DNA of 34,444 nt from Armatimonadia bacterium (GTDB lineage: Bacteria; Armatimonadota; Zipacnadia; Zipacnadales; UBA11051): assembly GCA_039683575.1 (NCBI GenBank), contig JBDKRC010000350.1, positions 1 to 34,444 of the forward strand. Reading direction: 5' to 3'. The notes below the pieces were generated by a model. It worked only from the letters and a program-made list of their open reading frames with translations. It was not told the origin of the DNA and ran no database searches. Shown piece after piece: positions 6,760-16,242 of the stretch; positions within the stretch are counted from its first letter, which is position 1, and each line of letters begins with the position of its first letter. Position numbers and translations under genes: made by a program.

Positions 6760-8529
6760 ATGGCGTTGGCAGCCACGCAACCACGTTACCGCCCGGAGTT
6801 GGAGCGAAGCCGGTGGCTTTCTGGCCTCCTCCTGGCTGGTCTGGTCCTCGTCTTCCTTCGACTGTTTCAGATCCAGGTCCTCAAGCACGACTACTACGTC
6901 GCCGAGGTCGGCCCGAGGCTGGAGTCCAAATATGCGGCCCCGGCCCCCCAGCCGGGGTCCATTCTTGCTCGTACCGGCGAACCCCTCGCCGAGAGCCTGC
7001 TGCTTGATACCCTCTTCGCTGACCCCCTCTTCATGGCTCGCCACGAGCGGCGTGAGAGCCCTCAGGCCGTGGCCCAGCAACTCGCGCCGCTGATTGGCCG
7101 TCCCGCCGAAGACATCCTCGCCGACCTCACCCGCCGACAGGACACCAACTTTGTCGAACTGGCACGCTGCGTGCCGCACGATGTTTCAAGCCAGATTCGG
7201 GCGCTACGGATCAAAGGCCTCGGCCTGAAGCCTGAATGGAAGCGCGAGTACCCGCACGGCACGCTGGCATGCCACCTCGTGGGCGGGCGCGACAGGTCAC
7301 ACAATGCTCTGTCAGGGCTGGAGTATCGCTACCGGCTGATACTCGACGGCAATCCCGGGGCCAACCTGCCATCACAGGACCCGCTGGGGCTCGACAATGC
7401 TGAGAGCCGACGTGTCGGGGACTCGCCGGGCAAAGACCTGCTGCTGACCATCCACCCGGACCTCCAGCGGCAGGTGGAGCGCGAAATGGACGTGCTGTGG
7501 CGGCGTGAGCGGCCCAAGTGGACTGCCTGCGTCGTCGAGGACGTCACAACAGGCGCCATCGTCGCGATGGCGGCCCGTCCGGGATACGACCCGAATGACT
7601 ACGTAAGAGGCAAACGCGCCGCAGGCTGCAAGTGGTCTGTCGTGCCCGAGGGCGTGACCCGCAACATTCCGGTGACCGAGGCAGTGGAGCAGGGGAGTAC
7701 CTTCAAAATCCTGCTGGCTGCGGCGGCGCTGGACTCCGGGGCAGTAGTGCCCTCCTCCACCTTCCACTGCGGCGGGACCATCAACATGGGAGGCCGGCCC
7801 ATCAGTTGCTGGGGCGAGTGGGCTGCCAAAGGGCATGGCAGTCTGGATATAGGTGGAATGCTGGCCCAGTCCTGCAACGTCTGCGCCGCGCAGATAGCCG
7901 TGAGGCTCGGAGCCAAGCGATATTGTGAATTCCTGCGCAAAGCCGGTATCGGGATCGACCCCGAAGCGGGATTCTCAGCCGAGGCCAAAGGCCGTCTCAA
8001 GCCAGCCGAAGGCCTGCGCCGGCGCGATCTGGGGACCATGGGCTTCGGGCAGAACGTGAGTTGCAGTGGCCTGCAGCTCACTTCGATAGTGTCAGGAATC
8101 GTGAATGGCGGTATAATGAAGCACCCACACATCCTGGCGGCGGCCCTCAATCGGGATGGCACGGTGTTCCGCAAGACAGTGGTTTCCGAGAAGCAGATTT
8201 GCTCCCCGCAGACCTCAGCCATAATCAGACAGATGCTGGAGAACGCCGTCCAGAATGGCACCGGCAGACCGGTGAAGATGCCGGACTTCCGCGTGGGTGG
8301 CAAGACGGGGACGGCCCAGCAGTGGGACCCGCAACTGGGGCGGTACACCGACCGGTACATGATGTCCTTCATCGAGGTCGCGCCGATTGATGTCCCCCGC
8401 TATGTGATCTGGGTGGCCTGTAGCGACCCCAAGGTTGGGCGTCACGGTTCAGACACGGCAGCGCCGGCGGCCAAGCACATCGCAGAATATGCACTGCGAC
8501 AGCTTACGCCGCCACAGCCTGCGCAGTGA
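6760..8529 (+). CDS. ftsI: Class B penicillin-binding protein (FtsI/PBP3-like transpeptidase)
   Basis: N-terminal TM plus RLFQIQV; catalytic motifs GSTFK (SxxK), SCN (SxN) and KTGT; no PASTA domain. Confidence 0.92.
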   Translation: MALAATQPRYRPELERSRWLSGLLLAGLVLVFLRLFQIQVLKHDYYVAEVGPRLESKYAAPAPQPGSILARTGEPLAESLLLDTLFADPLFMARHERRESPQAVAQQLAPLIGRPAEDILADLTRRQDTNFVELARCVPHDVSSQIRALRIKGLGLKPEWKREYPHGTLACHLVGGRDRSHNALSGLEYRYRLILDGNPGANLPSQDPLGLDNAESRRVGDSPGKDLLLTIHPDLQRQVEREMDVLWRRERPKWTACVVEDVTTGAIVAMAARPGYDPNDYVRGKRAAGCKWSVVPEGVTRNIPVTEAVEQGSTFKILLAAAALDSGAVVPSSTFHCGGTINMGGRPISCWGEWAAKGHGSLDIGGMLAQSCNVCAAQIAVRLGAKRYCEFLRKAGIGIDPEAGFSAEAKGRLKPAEGLRRRDLGTMGFGQNVSCSGLQLTSIVSGIVNGGIMKHPHILAAALNRDGTVFRKTVVSEKQICSPQTSAIIRQMLENAVQNGTGRPVKMPDFRVGGKTGTAQQWDPQLGRYTDRYMMSFIEVAPIDVPRYVIWVACSDPKVGRHGSDTAAPAAKHIAEYALRQLTPPQPAQ

Positions 8530-8574
8530 CGCGCGGCTGGCCAATACTCACAGGGTTTTGAGGATTACCGCATC

Positions 8575-10047
8575 ATGAGGCTCCCTGAGCTGCTTGAGGG
8601 GCTGGCCGAGGGGCAATTGCCCGATGTAGAGGTTACCGCTGTCACCGCTGACAGTCGCGCAGTGACGCCGGGTTCGCTCTTTGTCGCCATCACAGGCACA
8701 GTCTCAGAAGGCCATGACTACCTGGCCGACGCGCTGAAGCGCGGTGCTGTGGCAGTGGTCTACCAGCGGCCGGAGTATGCCGCGCAGATACCGCAGGGCG
8801 TGGTAGCCGTGCAGGTCGCAGCCTCCCGACGCGCGGCGGCGGTGCTGGCGGATCGCTTCTGGGGCCATCCCTCGGGCGATCTGACCCTGGTGGCGGTGAC
8901 TGGAACCAACGGGAAGACAACCACGGTGCACCTGCTTGAGAGCATTTTTCAGGCCGCCGGTCACAAGACCGGAATGATCGGCACATTAGGCCGAAGAGTG
9001 GGGGAGGAGACTGTCGTAGCGTCTCGGACCACACCTGACGCCATTGAACTACAGGCCCTTCTCGCGCGCATGCGCGACGAAGGCATCACTCATGTCAGCA
9101 TGGAGCTATCCTCGCACGCGATTGACCTCGACCGCGCCTGGGGATGCAGCTTTGCCGCCGCACTGTTCACCAACCTCAGCCAGGACCATCTGGACTGGCA
9201 TCAGACCATGGACGCTTACCGGGGCTCCAAGTCGCGCCTGTTCAGCGAATACGCCGCCTTTGCGCCGCGAGAGATGGTAGGCGCCATCAATGTGGACGAC
9301 GAGGCAGGACGACTGATCGCGGCGGAGGCGAAGTGCCGGGTAGTGGGCTACGGAACCGGTTCTGAGGCTCAGGTGAGGGCGGAGGGCGTCGAGCGGTCGT
9401 GGGCGGGCACGCAGATGAACCTGGTGACCCCGACCTGGCAGACTCCCATGCGGCTGCAGCTTGTGGGGCAGTTCAATGTCATGAACGCCCTCGGAGCCGC
9501 CGCGTGCGCGTGGGGGCTCGGAGTGGAGCAGGAAGCCATCGTCAGTGGCCTGCAAGCCCTGGCGAGCGTGCCGGGCCGGCTTGAGAAAGTGAATCGTGGC
9601 CAGGACTTCGCCGTCCTGGTTGACTATGCCCACACACCTGACGCGCTTGAGAACGTGCTGCGGGCGGCGCGAGAACTGGAGCCGAGTACGCTGATCTGCG
9701 TTTTCGGCTGTGGCGGAGACCGCGACCGGACAAAACGCCCGCAGATGGGCAAAATCGCCGGCGACCTGGCCGACGTAGTGATCGTGACCTCCGACAACCC
9801 GCGCTCCGAGCGCCCCGAAGACATCGTTGCGGACATCACCGCCGGAATGGCGGGGACGCAATATGAGGTTGAGGTGGACCGCGAGCAGGCGATCCACAAG
9901 GCCATAGCCCAGGCTGGCGGCGGCGACATCGTGGTCATTGCTGGCAAGGGACATGAGGATTACCAGGAATTCGAAGGCGGGCGCAAGGTGCATTTTGACG
10001 ACCGCGAAGTGGCGGCGGAGGCACTGGACAAGCGTCCTTCACTCTAG
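8575..10047 (+). CDS. murE: UDP-MurNAc-Ala-Glu:meso-diaminopimelate ligase
   Basis: VTGTNGKTT, TTPD, ELSSH, DYAHTPD, FGCGGDRD and the DNPR motif typical of meso-DAP specificity. Confidence 0.97.
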   Translation: MRLPELLEGLAEGQLPDVEVTAVTADSRAVTPGSLFVAITGTVSEGHDYLADALKRGAVAVVYQRPEYAAQIPQGVVAVQVAASRRAAAVLADRFWGHPSGDLTLVAVTGTNGKTTTVHLLESIFQAAGHKTGMIGTLGRRVGEETVVASRTTPDAIELQALLARMRDEGITHVSMELSSHAIDLDRAWGCSFAAALFTNLSQDHLDWHQTMDAYRGSKSRLFSEYAAFAPREMVGAINVDDEAGRLIAAEAKCRVVGYGTGSEAQVRAEGVERSWAGTQMNLVTPTWQTPMRLQLVGQFNVMNALGAAACAWGLGVEQEAIVSGLQALASVPGRLEKVNRGQDFAVLVDYAHTPDALENVLRAARELEPSTLICVFGCGGDRDRTKRPQMGKIAGDLADVVIVTSDNPRSERPEDIVADITAGMAGTQYEVEVDREQAIHKAIAQAGGGDIVVIAGKGHEDYQEFEGGRKVHFDDREVAAEALDKRPSL

Positions 10048-10059
10048 ATTGGCAATACC

Positions 10060-11424
10060 ATGGAACTGACACTGGCGGAACTGGCTGCCATACTTGAGGT
10101 CCACCTGCCGCAGGGGCTGGACGATGGATGTCTCGTGTGCGGCGTCTCTACTGATTCGCGCACTATCGAGCAGGGAAACGTGTTCGTTGCCCTGACGGGC
10201 GAGAAGTTCGACGGCGCCGACTATGCCTCGCTGGCACTCGAAAGCGGCGCGGCCGTGGCCGTGGTGGAGCGTGAAGTGCCCGAGTTGGGCGAGCGACAGC
10301 TAATCGTCCCTGACACTCTGGCGGCGCTGGGCAAGATCGCCACCTGGTGGCGGCGGCGCATGGACGTCACAGTCATCGCCGTGACCGGTTCGGCGGGGAA
10401 AACCACAACCAAGGACCTGATCGCCCAGATCTGCTCTCAGTTTGAGCCCACCGTGGCCACCGTCGCGACCGAGAACAACGAGATTGGCGTGCCACAGACG
10501 CTGCTGCGCCTGACCGAACATGACCGCTTCTGCGTGGTGGAGTTCGGCATGCGTGGCCGGGGACAGATTCGCCAACTCGCCGAGATCGCGCGCCCCGACA
10601 TCGGCGTCATCACGGTCATCGGCGAGGCCCACATCGGCATTCTGGGCTCCCGCGAGGCAATTGCCGAGTCCAAGGCCGAGATGCTGCCGCTGCTGCCAGA
10701 GGACGGCACCGCGGTCCTCCCGGCTGACGATTTCTTCTACCCGTTGCTCAGGGGCATGTGCGGATGCAGAGTTGTCTCCTTCGGCCTCTCTGAAGAGGCT
10801 GAGGTCCGCTTGACGCAAGTTGCTCAAGAGACCCTGGCAGGAAGCACAATCGAACTGGCGATGGGCGAGGAGACGGTGGGGCTTACCGTGCCACTACCGG
10901 GACGGCACAACGTGCTCAATGCCCTGGCAGCGGCCGGGGTGGGGTATGCGCTGGGCTTCACCGCTCAGCAGGTCAAGTCAGGGATCGAGAGCTACGGGGG
11001 CATGAAGATGCGGGGAGAGATCCTCGCCGGTCCCTACGGCTGCACGATCATCAACGACGCCTATAACGCCAATCCGACCTCGATGGTAGCCGTGATGGAG
11101 ATGCTGCGGCCGATGCCCGGACGCAAGGTAGTGCTCTTCGCGGACATGCTAGAATTGGGCGAGGGAGCCGTCGCTGCGCACCGTAAGGTCGGAGAGGCGG
11201 TTGCAGAGGCCGGAGTTGGCTTACTCGTGACGGTGGGAGAACTTGCTGCGCAGACAGCGGAAGCGGCTGAGGAGCGTGGGGTCGAGGTGCGGGTGGCCAA
11301 CACCCCCGAAGAAGCGGCGGAGTTCCTGCACACCAAGCTGCGCGAGGGCGACATCGTGCTCATAAAGGGCTCGCGCGGCATGCAGCTTGAGCGGGCAGTG
11401 AAAGGTCTTCTAAATGCCGAGTAA
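10060..11424 (+). CDS. murF: UDP-MurNAc-tripeptide:D-Ala-D-Ala ligase
   Basis: VTGSAGKTTTK, NNEIGVP, NDAYNANP, DMLELG, KGSRG. Confidence 0.97.
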   Translation: MELTLAELAAILEVHLPQGLDDGCLVCGVSTDSRTIEQGNVFVALTGEKFDGADYASLALESGAAVAVVEREVPELGERQLIVPDTLAALGKIATWWRRRMDVTVIAVTGSAGKTTTKDLIAQICSQFEPTVATVATENNEIGVPQTLLRLTEHDRFCVVEFGMRGRGQIRQLAEIARPDIGVITVIGEAHIGILGSREAIAESKAEMLPLLPEDGTAVLPADDFFYPLLRGMCGCRVVSFGLSEEAEVRLTQVAQETLAGSTIELAMGEETVGLTVPLPGRHNVLNALAAAGVGYALGFTAQQVKSGIESYGGMKMRGEILAGPYGCTIINDAYNANPTSMVAVMEMLRPMPGRKVVLFADMLELGEGAVAAHRKVGEAVAEAGVGLLVTVGELAAQTAEAAEERGVEVRVANTPEEAAEFLHTKLREGDIVLIKGSRGMQLERAVKGLLNAE

Positions 11425-12424
11425 TATCGCTCCGATCCTCATCGCGCTCGCGCTCCCGCTCGGCCTGGTGCTGAGTGCCTTCTTCACCTGGATTGTCTGG
11501 CGACGCATGGTGGCCATGCAGATCGGCCAGACCGTGCGGTCAGATGGCCCCGAGAGCCACCTGAAGAAGATGGGAACGCCGACGCTGGGCGGGGCGGGTA
11601 TACTGGCGGCGCTGGTCGTGCTGTGCGGCCTGGTCGTTGCAGCCCTTAGCGCCAAAGGCGAGGCGCTTCCGGTGCGCATGCTGGCAGTGCTGGGGCTGGC
11701 GCTGGCCTATGGCGCACTCGGCTTTGCCGATGATTGGCCCAAGGTCCGCTACAAGCGCCCGCTCGGGCTGAAGGCTCGCGTCAGACTGCCCATAGAGTTC
11801 GCCCTGGCGGCGGCTTTTGCATATGTGATGGTCCGCACCGGCACGATGACCACCACGCCCTCCCCGCTGCAGATCATTCCTTTCCAGCCGGACCTTATCT
11901 GGGGCGCCTTCGTCCTGTTCGTGATCGTGGGCGGAGCCAACGCCGTGAACCTCACCGACGGCCTCGACGGCCTCGCCGCCGGCGTCAGCGCCATCGTCGC
12001 GGTCGGTCTGGCTGTCATCTGCACTGCCCTCGGCTATGCCGATCTCGCTGTCATGTCCCTGGCTGTGGCCGGGGTTTCGGCGGGATTTCTCTGGCTTAAC
12101 GCGGCTCCTGCCCAGATTTTCATGGGCGACGTCGGCTCACTCGGGTTAGGAGCGGCTTTGGCGGGAATTGCCGTCGCAGCCCGCGCGGAGCTCGTCTTCG
12201 GCTTCTTTGGCATCGTCTTCGTAGTCGAAGCAGTCTCCGTGATCCTGCAGGTGCTCTACTTCAAAGCCAGCAAGGGCAAGCGCCTCTTCCGCATGGCGCC
12301 CTTCCACCACCATCTCGAGCTCGGCGGATTGCCGGAAACCAAGATCACAGCCCGTCTGTGGCTCGTGACGGCCATGGCGGTCTCTATCGGCCTGGCAGCG
12401 ATCTGGATCATTGTTTCAAAGTAA
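11414..12424 (+). CDS. mraY: Phospho-MurNAc-pentapeptide transferase
   Basis: GTPTLGG, NAVNLTDGLDGL, FMGDVGS, MAPFHHH; multiple TM helices. Confidence 0.97.
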   Translation: MPSNIAPILIALALPLGLVLSAFFTWIVWRRMVAMQIGQTVRSDGPESHLKKMGTPTLGGAGILAALVVLCGLVVAALSAKGEALPVRMLAVLGLALAYGALGFADDWPKVRYKRPLGLKARVRLPIEFALAAAFAYVMVRTGTMTTTPSPLQIIPFQPDLIWGAFVLFVIVGGANAVNLTDGLDGLAAGVSAIVAVGLAVICTALGYADLAVMSLAVAGVSAGFLWLNAAPAQIFMGDVGSLGLGAALAGIAVAARAELVFGFFGIVFVVEAVSVILQVLYFKASKGKRLFRMAPFHHHLELGGLPETKITARLWLVTAMAVSIGLAAIWIIVSK

Positions 12425-12447
12425 CACTTCAGTTCGAGCGGACACAG

Positions 12448-13845
12448 ATGGCCTTACCCAACAGACAGCAACCCAGGGGGATGGACCTGCACGGACGCCG
12501 CGTCGGTGTCTTCGGCATGGCGCGCAGTGGCCTGGCCGCCGCCGCCTTCCTGAAGCGCAAGGGCGCGCAGGTCGTGGTATTCGACCAGAAACCCGCCGAA
12601 GCGCTCGCGAAGGAACTGGCCGAACTCGGCGAACTGGGTGTCGGAGCACTGGCAGGAGTACAAGAATACGACGAGCTGGGGGCACTGGAGACGCTGATAG
12701 TCAGCCCCGGCGTGCCGGTAGACCATCCCTTCTTGGCCCGGGCGCGTGGCGGCTGTGTCGAGATCATCAGCGAAATCGAGCTCGCCTGGCGTTTCTGCCC
12801 GGCCCCCATGGTGGCCGTTGCCGGGACCAACGGCAAGGGCAGCACCACCACCATCCTGGGCGAGATGCTGCGGGCTGGGGGCCTGAGCGTAACCGTTGCG
12901 GGCAACATCGGCACGCCGCTGATCTCTGTGGTGGAGGGTGACTGGGATGTCGTAGTGGCCGAGCTATCCAGCTTCCAGCTTGAGACTATCGCCGATTTCC
13001 ACCCGTGGGCAGCCATATTGCTGAACATCACACCCGACCATCTTGACCGCCACGGGACATTCGAAGGCTACGTGGCCGCCAAGGCCCGCCTGTTCAAGAA
13101 CATGCGTGAGGGAGATGTCGCGGTCGTTAACGTAGACAACGAGGCAGCGCGGCAAGTCGCCCAAAGCCTGCCCTTCGAGGCCCTCCGCGTCGCTGCTGCC
13201 TGCAAAGAGCCGCTGGCGGCTTGTGTTGAGGGCGATGAGCTACTGGTGCAACTGCCCTCCGAGCAAAACCCGGTGACGGTGTGCCGGCGCAGCGACCTGT
13301 CCGTTCGCGGGGAGCACTACCTCACCAACGCCCTCTGCGCGGCGGTCGTGGCCCGCTCCGCAGGCTGCACGGCTGACGCGATTCGAACCGGCGTACGCTC
13401 CTGGCGGCCTGTAGACCACCAGTTGACTGAAGTAGCCGTCATCAACGGCGTGCGCTACGTAGATGACTCCAAAGCCACGAACCCGGCCTCGGCTGTTGCC
13501 GATCTCAACACCGTCGAGGGCCCGGTAATCGTGATTGCTGGAGGCCTGACCAAGGGCCTTCGGATGCGTGACTTCGCTGAGGCACTGGCCCGGCGGGCAC
13601 GGGCCGCCTTTCTCATCGGCGAGGGTGCCGGCGAGATCGCTACGGACATCGCCGGACGCATTCCGGCCACCCTCAGCGGAACGCTCGAGGAGGCTGTGCG
13701 CGCCGCTCACGCGGTAGCAGAGCCCGGCGACACCGTCATTCTCGCTCCCGCCTGTGCCTCTTTCGACCAGTTCCGTGGTCAAGCCCAGCGCGGTGAGCGT
13801 TTTGCCGAGGCCGTGCGTGCCCTCGGCTCTGGCAATCAGGCGTAA
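12448..13845 (+). CDS. murD: UDP-MurNAc-Ala:D-Glu ligase
   Basis: GMARSG, VSPGVP, GTNGKGST, GNIG, ELSSFQL, DDSKATN, PACASFDQF. Start is either ATG12448 or ATG12481. Confidence 0.96.
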   Translation: MALPNRQQPRGMDLHGRRVGVFGMARSGLAAAAFLKRKGAQVVVFDQKPAEALAKELAELGELGVGALAGVQEYDELGALETLIVSPGVPVDHPFLARARGGCVEIISEIELAWRFCPAPMVAVAGTNGKGSTTTILGEMLRAGGLSVTVAGNIGTPLISVVEGDWDVVVAELSSFQLETIADFHPWAAILLNITPDHLDRHGTFEGYVAAKARLFKNMREGDVAVVNVDNEAARQVAQSLPFEALRVAAACKEPLAACVEGDELLVQLPSEQNPVTVCRRSDLSVRGEHYLTNALCAAVVARSAGCTADAIRTGVRSWRPVDHQLTEVAVINGVRYVDDSKATNPASAVADLNTVEGPVIVIAGGLTKGLRMRDFAEALARRARAAFLIGEGAGEIATDIAGRIPATLSGTLEEAVRAAHAVAEPGDTVILAPACASFDQFRGQAQRGERFAEAVRALGSGNQA

Positions 13846-13870
13846 TCACCACTCCCAAGCAGGAGCACTA

Positions 13871-15034
13871 ATGGCGCAACACGCCTTGGAGCTTAGGATG
13901 GCCGCCGAACCCAAACCCTCCTACGATGTCCGCTGGGTGACCCTGATCACCGGTATGGTCGTGCTCGGCCTCGTGATGGCGTTTTCCGCCAGCTATCCCA
14001 AAGCCAGCGCCATGACCAGTGACAGCGTGCCTGGCGACGCGCTCAAGTACTTCAAGCTCCACCTGATGTTCGTCTGCATCGGCCTCGCGGGCATGATCTG
14101 GGCCTCCCGCGTGCGGCCGGCTATGATGCAGCGCTACAGCGGCCTGGGGCTCTTGGTATGTCTGGGCCTGATGCTTGCCACGCTCGTCATTGGGATGGTA
14201 ACCGGCGAAAAGACCCGCGGAGCCATCCTGTTCATTGACATTGGCCCGATTCGCTTCCAACCTTCCGAGTTCGCCAAAATCTTCTTCATCGCGTTCCTCG
14301 CGGCCAAGCTCAGCCTGGGACCCCTCGACGGGAAGACCCTCAAGCGCGTCGGCTACCCGATTGCGTGGGCCACGGCGCTTTATTGCGGGATACTCTTGCT
14401 TCAAAGCGACCAGGGCATGATGGTCCTGGTCTTCCTGATCGCGCTTGCCATGAGTTACCTGGGCGGGCTCTCACTCGGGCGTCTCGGCACCATCCTCGGC
14501 GGCGCCGGAGCACTGGCCACCCTCGCGGCGGTCACCGATGCCGAACGTCTCGAACGTATTCGCGCCTGGATAGACCCGCTGAAGTACCAGGACAGCTCCG
14601 GGCGTCACATCCTGAGCATGCTCGTAGCCAGCGCCCGCGGCTGGATCGGGGGGCTGGGCCTTGGGATGTCTCCGGACAAGTGGGGTCAGATGCCGGAGGC
14701 TCACACCGACTCGATCTTCTGCGTAATGGCCGGCGAGCTGGGCCTCCTGGTCATGGGCGGCTTCCTGGTGCTCATCGGCGCCATCGTCATGCGCTGCTTC
14801 CAGACCGCTAAGTGGTCCTCGGACAGCTTCGGGTACTTCCTCGCCAGCGGCATCGGGATCATGCTCGGTACGCAGGCTCTCATCAATATGTTCGTGGCCA
14901 CCAATATGATGCCCGTGACTGGGCTGACGCTGCCCTACATCAGCTATGGCGGCAGCAGTCTGATCACTTGCCTCACCGCCGCAGGCATGGTGATGTCAGT
15001 ATATCGCCATGGAAAGCGCGGCGAGGGAGCATAG
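13871..15034 (+). CDS. ftsW: SEDS family peptidoglycan glycosyltransferase FtsW
   Basis: FQPSEFAK, PEAHTDSIF, GELG, PVTGLTLPYISYGGSS; AGGAG RBS before ATG13871. Confidence 0.95.
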   Translation: MAQHALELRMAAEPKPSYDVRWVTLITGMVVLGLVMAFSASYPKASAMTSDSVPGDALKYFKLHLMFVCIGLAGMIWASRVRPAMMQRYSGLGLLVCLGLMLATLVIGMVTGEKTRGAILFIDIGPIRFQPSEFAKIFFIAFLAAKLSLGPLDGKTLKRVGYPIAWATALYCGILLLQSDQGMMVLVFLIALAMSYLGGLSLGRLGTILGGAGALATLAAVTDAERLERIRAWIDPLKYQDSSGRHILSMLVASARGWIGGLGLGMSPDKWGQMPEAHTDSIFCVMAGELGLLVMGGFLVLIGAIVMRCFQTAKWSSDSFGYFLASGIGIMLGTQALINMFVATNMMPVTGLTLPYISYGGSSLITCLTAAGMVMSVYRHGKRGEGA

Positions 15035-15066
15035 GGGTTGGGCCACATGGTATGGAGCTACAAGAC

Positions 15067-16158
15067 ATGAAAGCGGCGTTCGCCGGAGGCGGCTCGGCCG
15101 GGCATCTTTGCCCAGCGCTGGCGGTTGCCCAGCGCTTTCTGCGTCTGGAAGAGGACAATGAGGTCCTCTTCTTTGGCGCCCAGAAAGACCTCGACCGGCG
15201 GATGCTCGAAGGCACGAACCACAAGCTGATCGCGGGTACTGGCTTGCCGTACGGCCGGTCGCTCAAGACCCTGACCTCGCTTCTGAAGCTTGCTCAGGGC
15301 GGCATGCAGGCGCGTGCGGCACTGAAGGCCTTTCGACCGCAGGTCGTGCTCGGCACCGGCGGCTACATCGCCGCTGCGTCGCTTACTGCCGCCGAAACCC
15401 TGGGCCTGCCGCTCGTGATCCACGCCTCCGATGCCTGCCCCGACCGCACCAACCTCAAACTGGCGGCGAAGGCCACGCGCATTACCGTAGCCTTCGAAGC
15501 GGCCCTGGAGCACTTCCCTGCCGACAAGGTAGTCGTAACCGGACAGCCGGTGCGGGAGGAGATCCTGCAGGCAGACCGCGAGACGGCGCGGGCGGAACTG
15601 GGCTACGGGCCCGACGATGTCGTGCTGCTGGTCACCGGGGGCAGCCAAGGCGCCAGAACGCTCAATCAGGCCACCGTGGGAGCGTTGCCGCAGCTACTCG
15701 GGGCCGGGCTGAAGGTCTTTCACCAGACCGGCAGCCTTGACTACGAACAGGTGAAGGCCGAGACCGATGCGGCGAACTGGGGGCCCGGCTACGTCTGCCG
15801 CGAGTTCATCCACGATATGGGCTCGGTGCTGGCAGCGGCGGACTTGTTCCTCATGCGCGCGGGCGCCAGCAGCCTTGCTGAAGCCGCCGCGTGGAGCCTG
15901 CCGATGATCGTGGTTCCCGGCGACTTCGCCCATGGGCATCAGAAGGTCAACGCCGAGGAAGTGGAGCGGCGCGGTGCGGCGGTGGTCGTAGCCAATTCTG
16001 AACTCACCCCCGGAAAGCTCACCGAAGTAGCCCTGGACCTCCTCCAGCGGCCCGACAAACGGGCAGCGATGGCGGCAGCGGCCCAGGCGTGGGGGACACG
16101 CGAGGCTGGCGAGAAGATCGCGCGAGTGCTCGCGGAGGTCGGATCCGGCAGATGCTGA
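15067..16158 (+). CDS. murG: Lipid II GlcNAc transferase
   Basis: GGGSAGH (canonical GGGTGGH), GTGGY, TGQPVR, GGSQGA, RAGAS, HQKVNA. Start is ATG15067 or ATG15052. Confidence 0.95.
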   Translation: MKAAFAGGGSAGHLCPALAVAQRFLRLEEDNEVLFFGAQKDLDRRMLEGTNHKLIAGTGLPYGRSLKTLTSLLKLAQGGMQARAALKAFRPQVVLGTGGYIAAASLTAAETLGLPLVIHASDACPDRTNLKLAAKATRITVAFEAALEHFPADKVVVTGQPVREEILQADRETARAELGYGPDDVVLLVTGGSQGARTLNQATVGALPQLLGAGLKVFHQTGSLDYEQVKAETDAANWGPGYVCREFIHDMGSVLAAADLFLMRAGASSLAEAAAWSLPMIVVPGDFAHGHQKVNAEEVERRGAAVVVANSELTPGKLTEVALDLLQRPDKRAAMAAAAQAWGTREAGEKIARVLAEVGSGRC

Positions 16159-16182
16159 GCAGCAATATAAGGCCCGCCTAAC

Positions 16183-16211
16183 TTGCCAAACACGCACCGG
16201 CTGCGTACAAT
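16183..16211 (+). promoter_or_regulatory. Internal sigma70-type promoter for murC-ftsQ-ftsA
   Basis: TTGCCA (16183-16188), 17 nt, TACAAT (16206-16211) in the murG-murC gap. Confidence 0.65.
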
Positions 16212-16242
16212 AGCGGGCGGTTGATGATCCTAAGGAAGCTTC

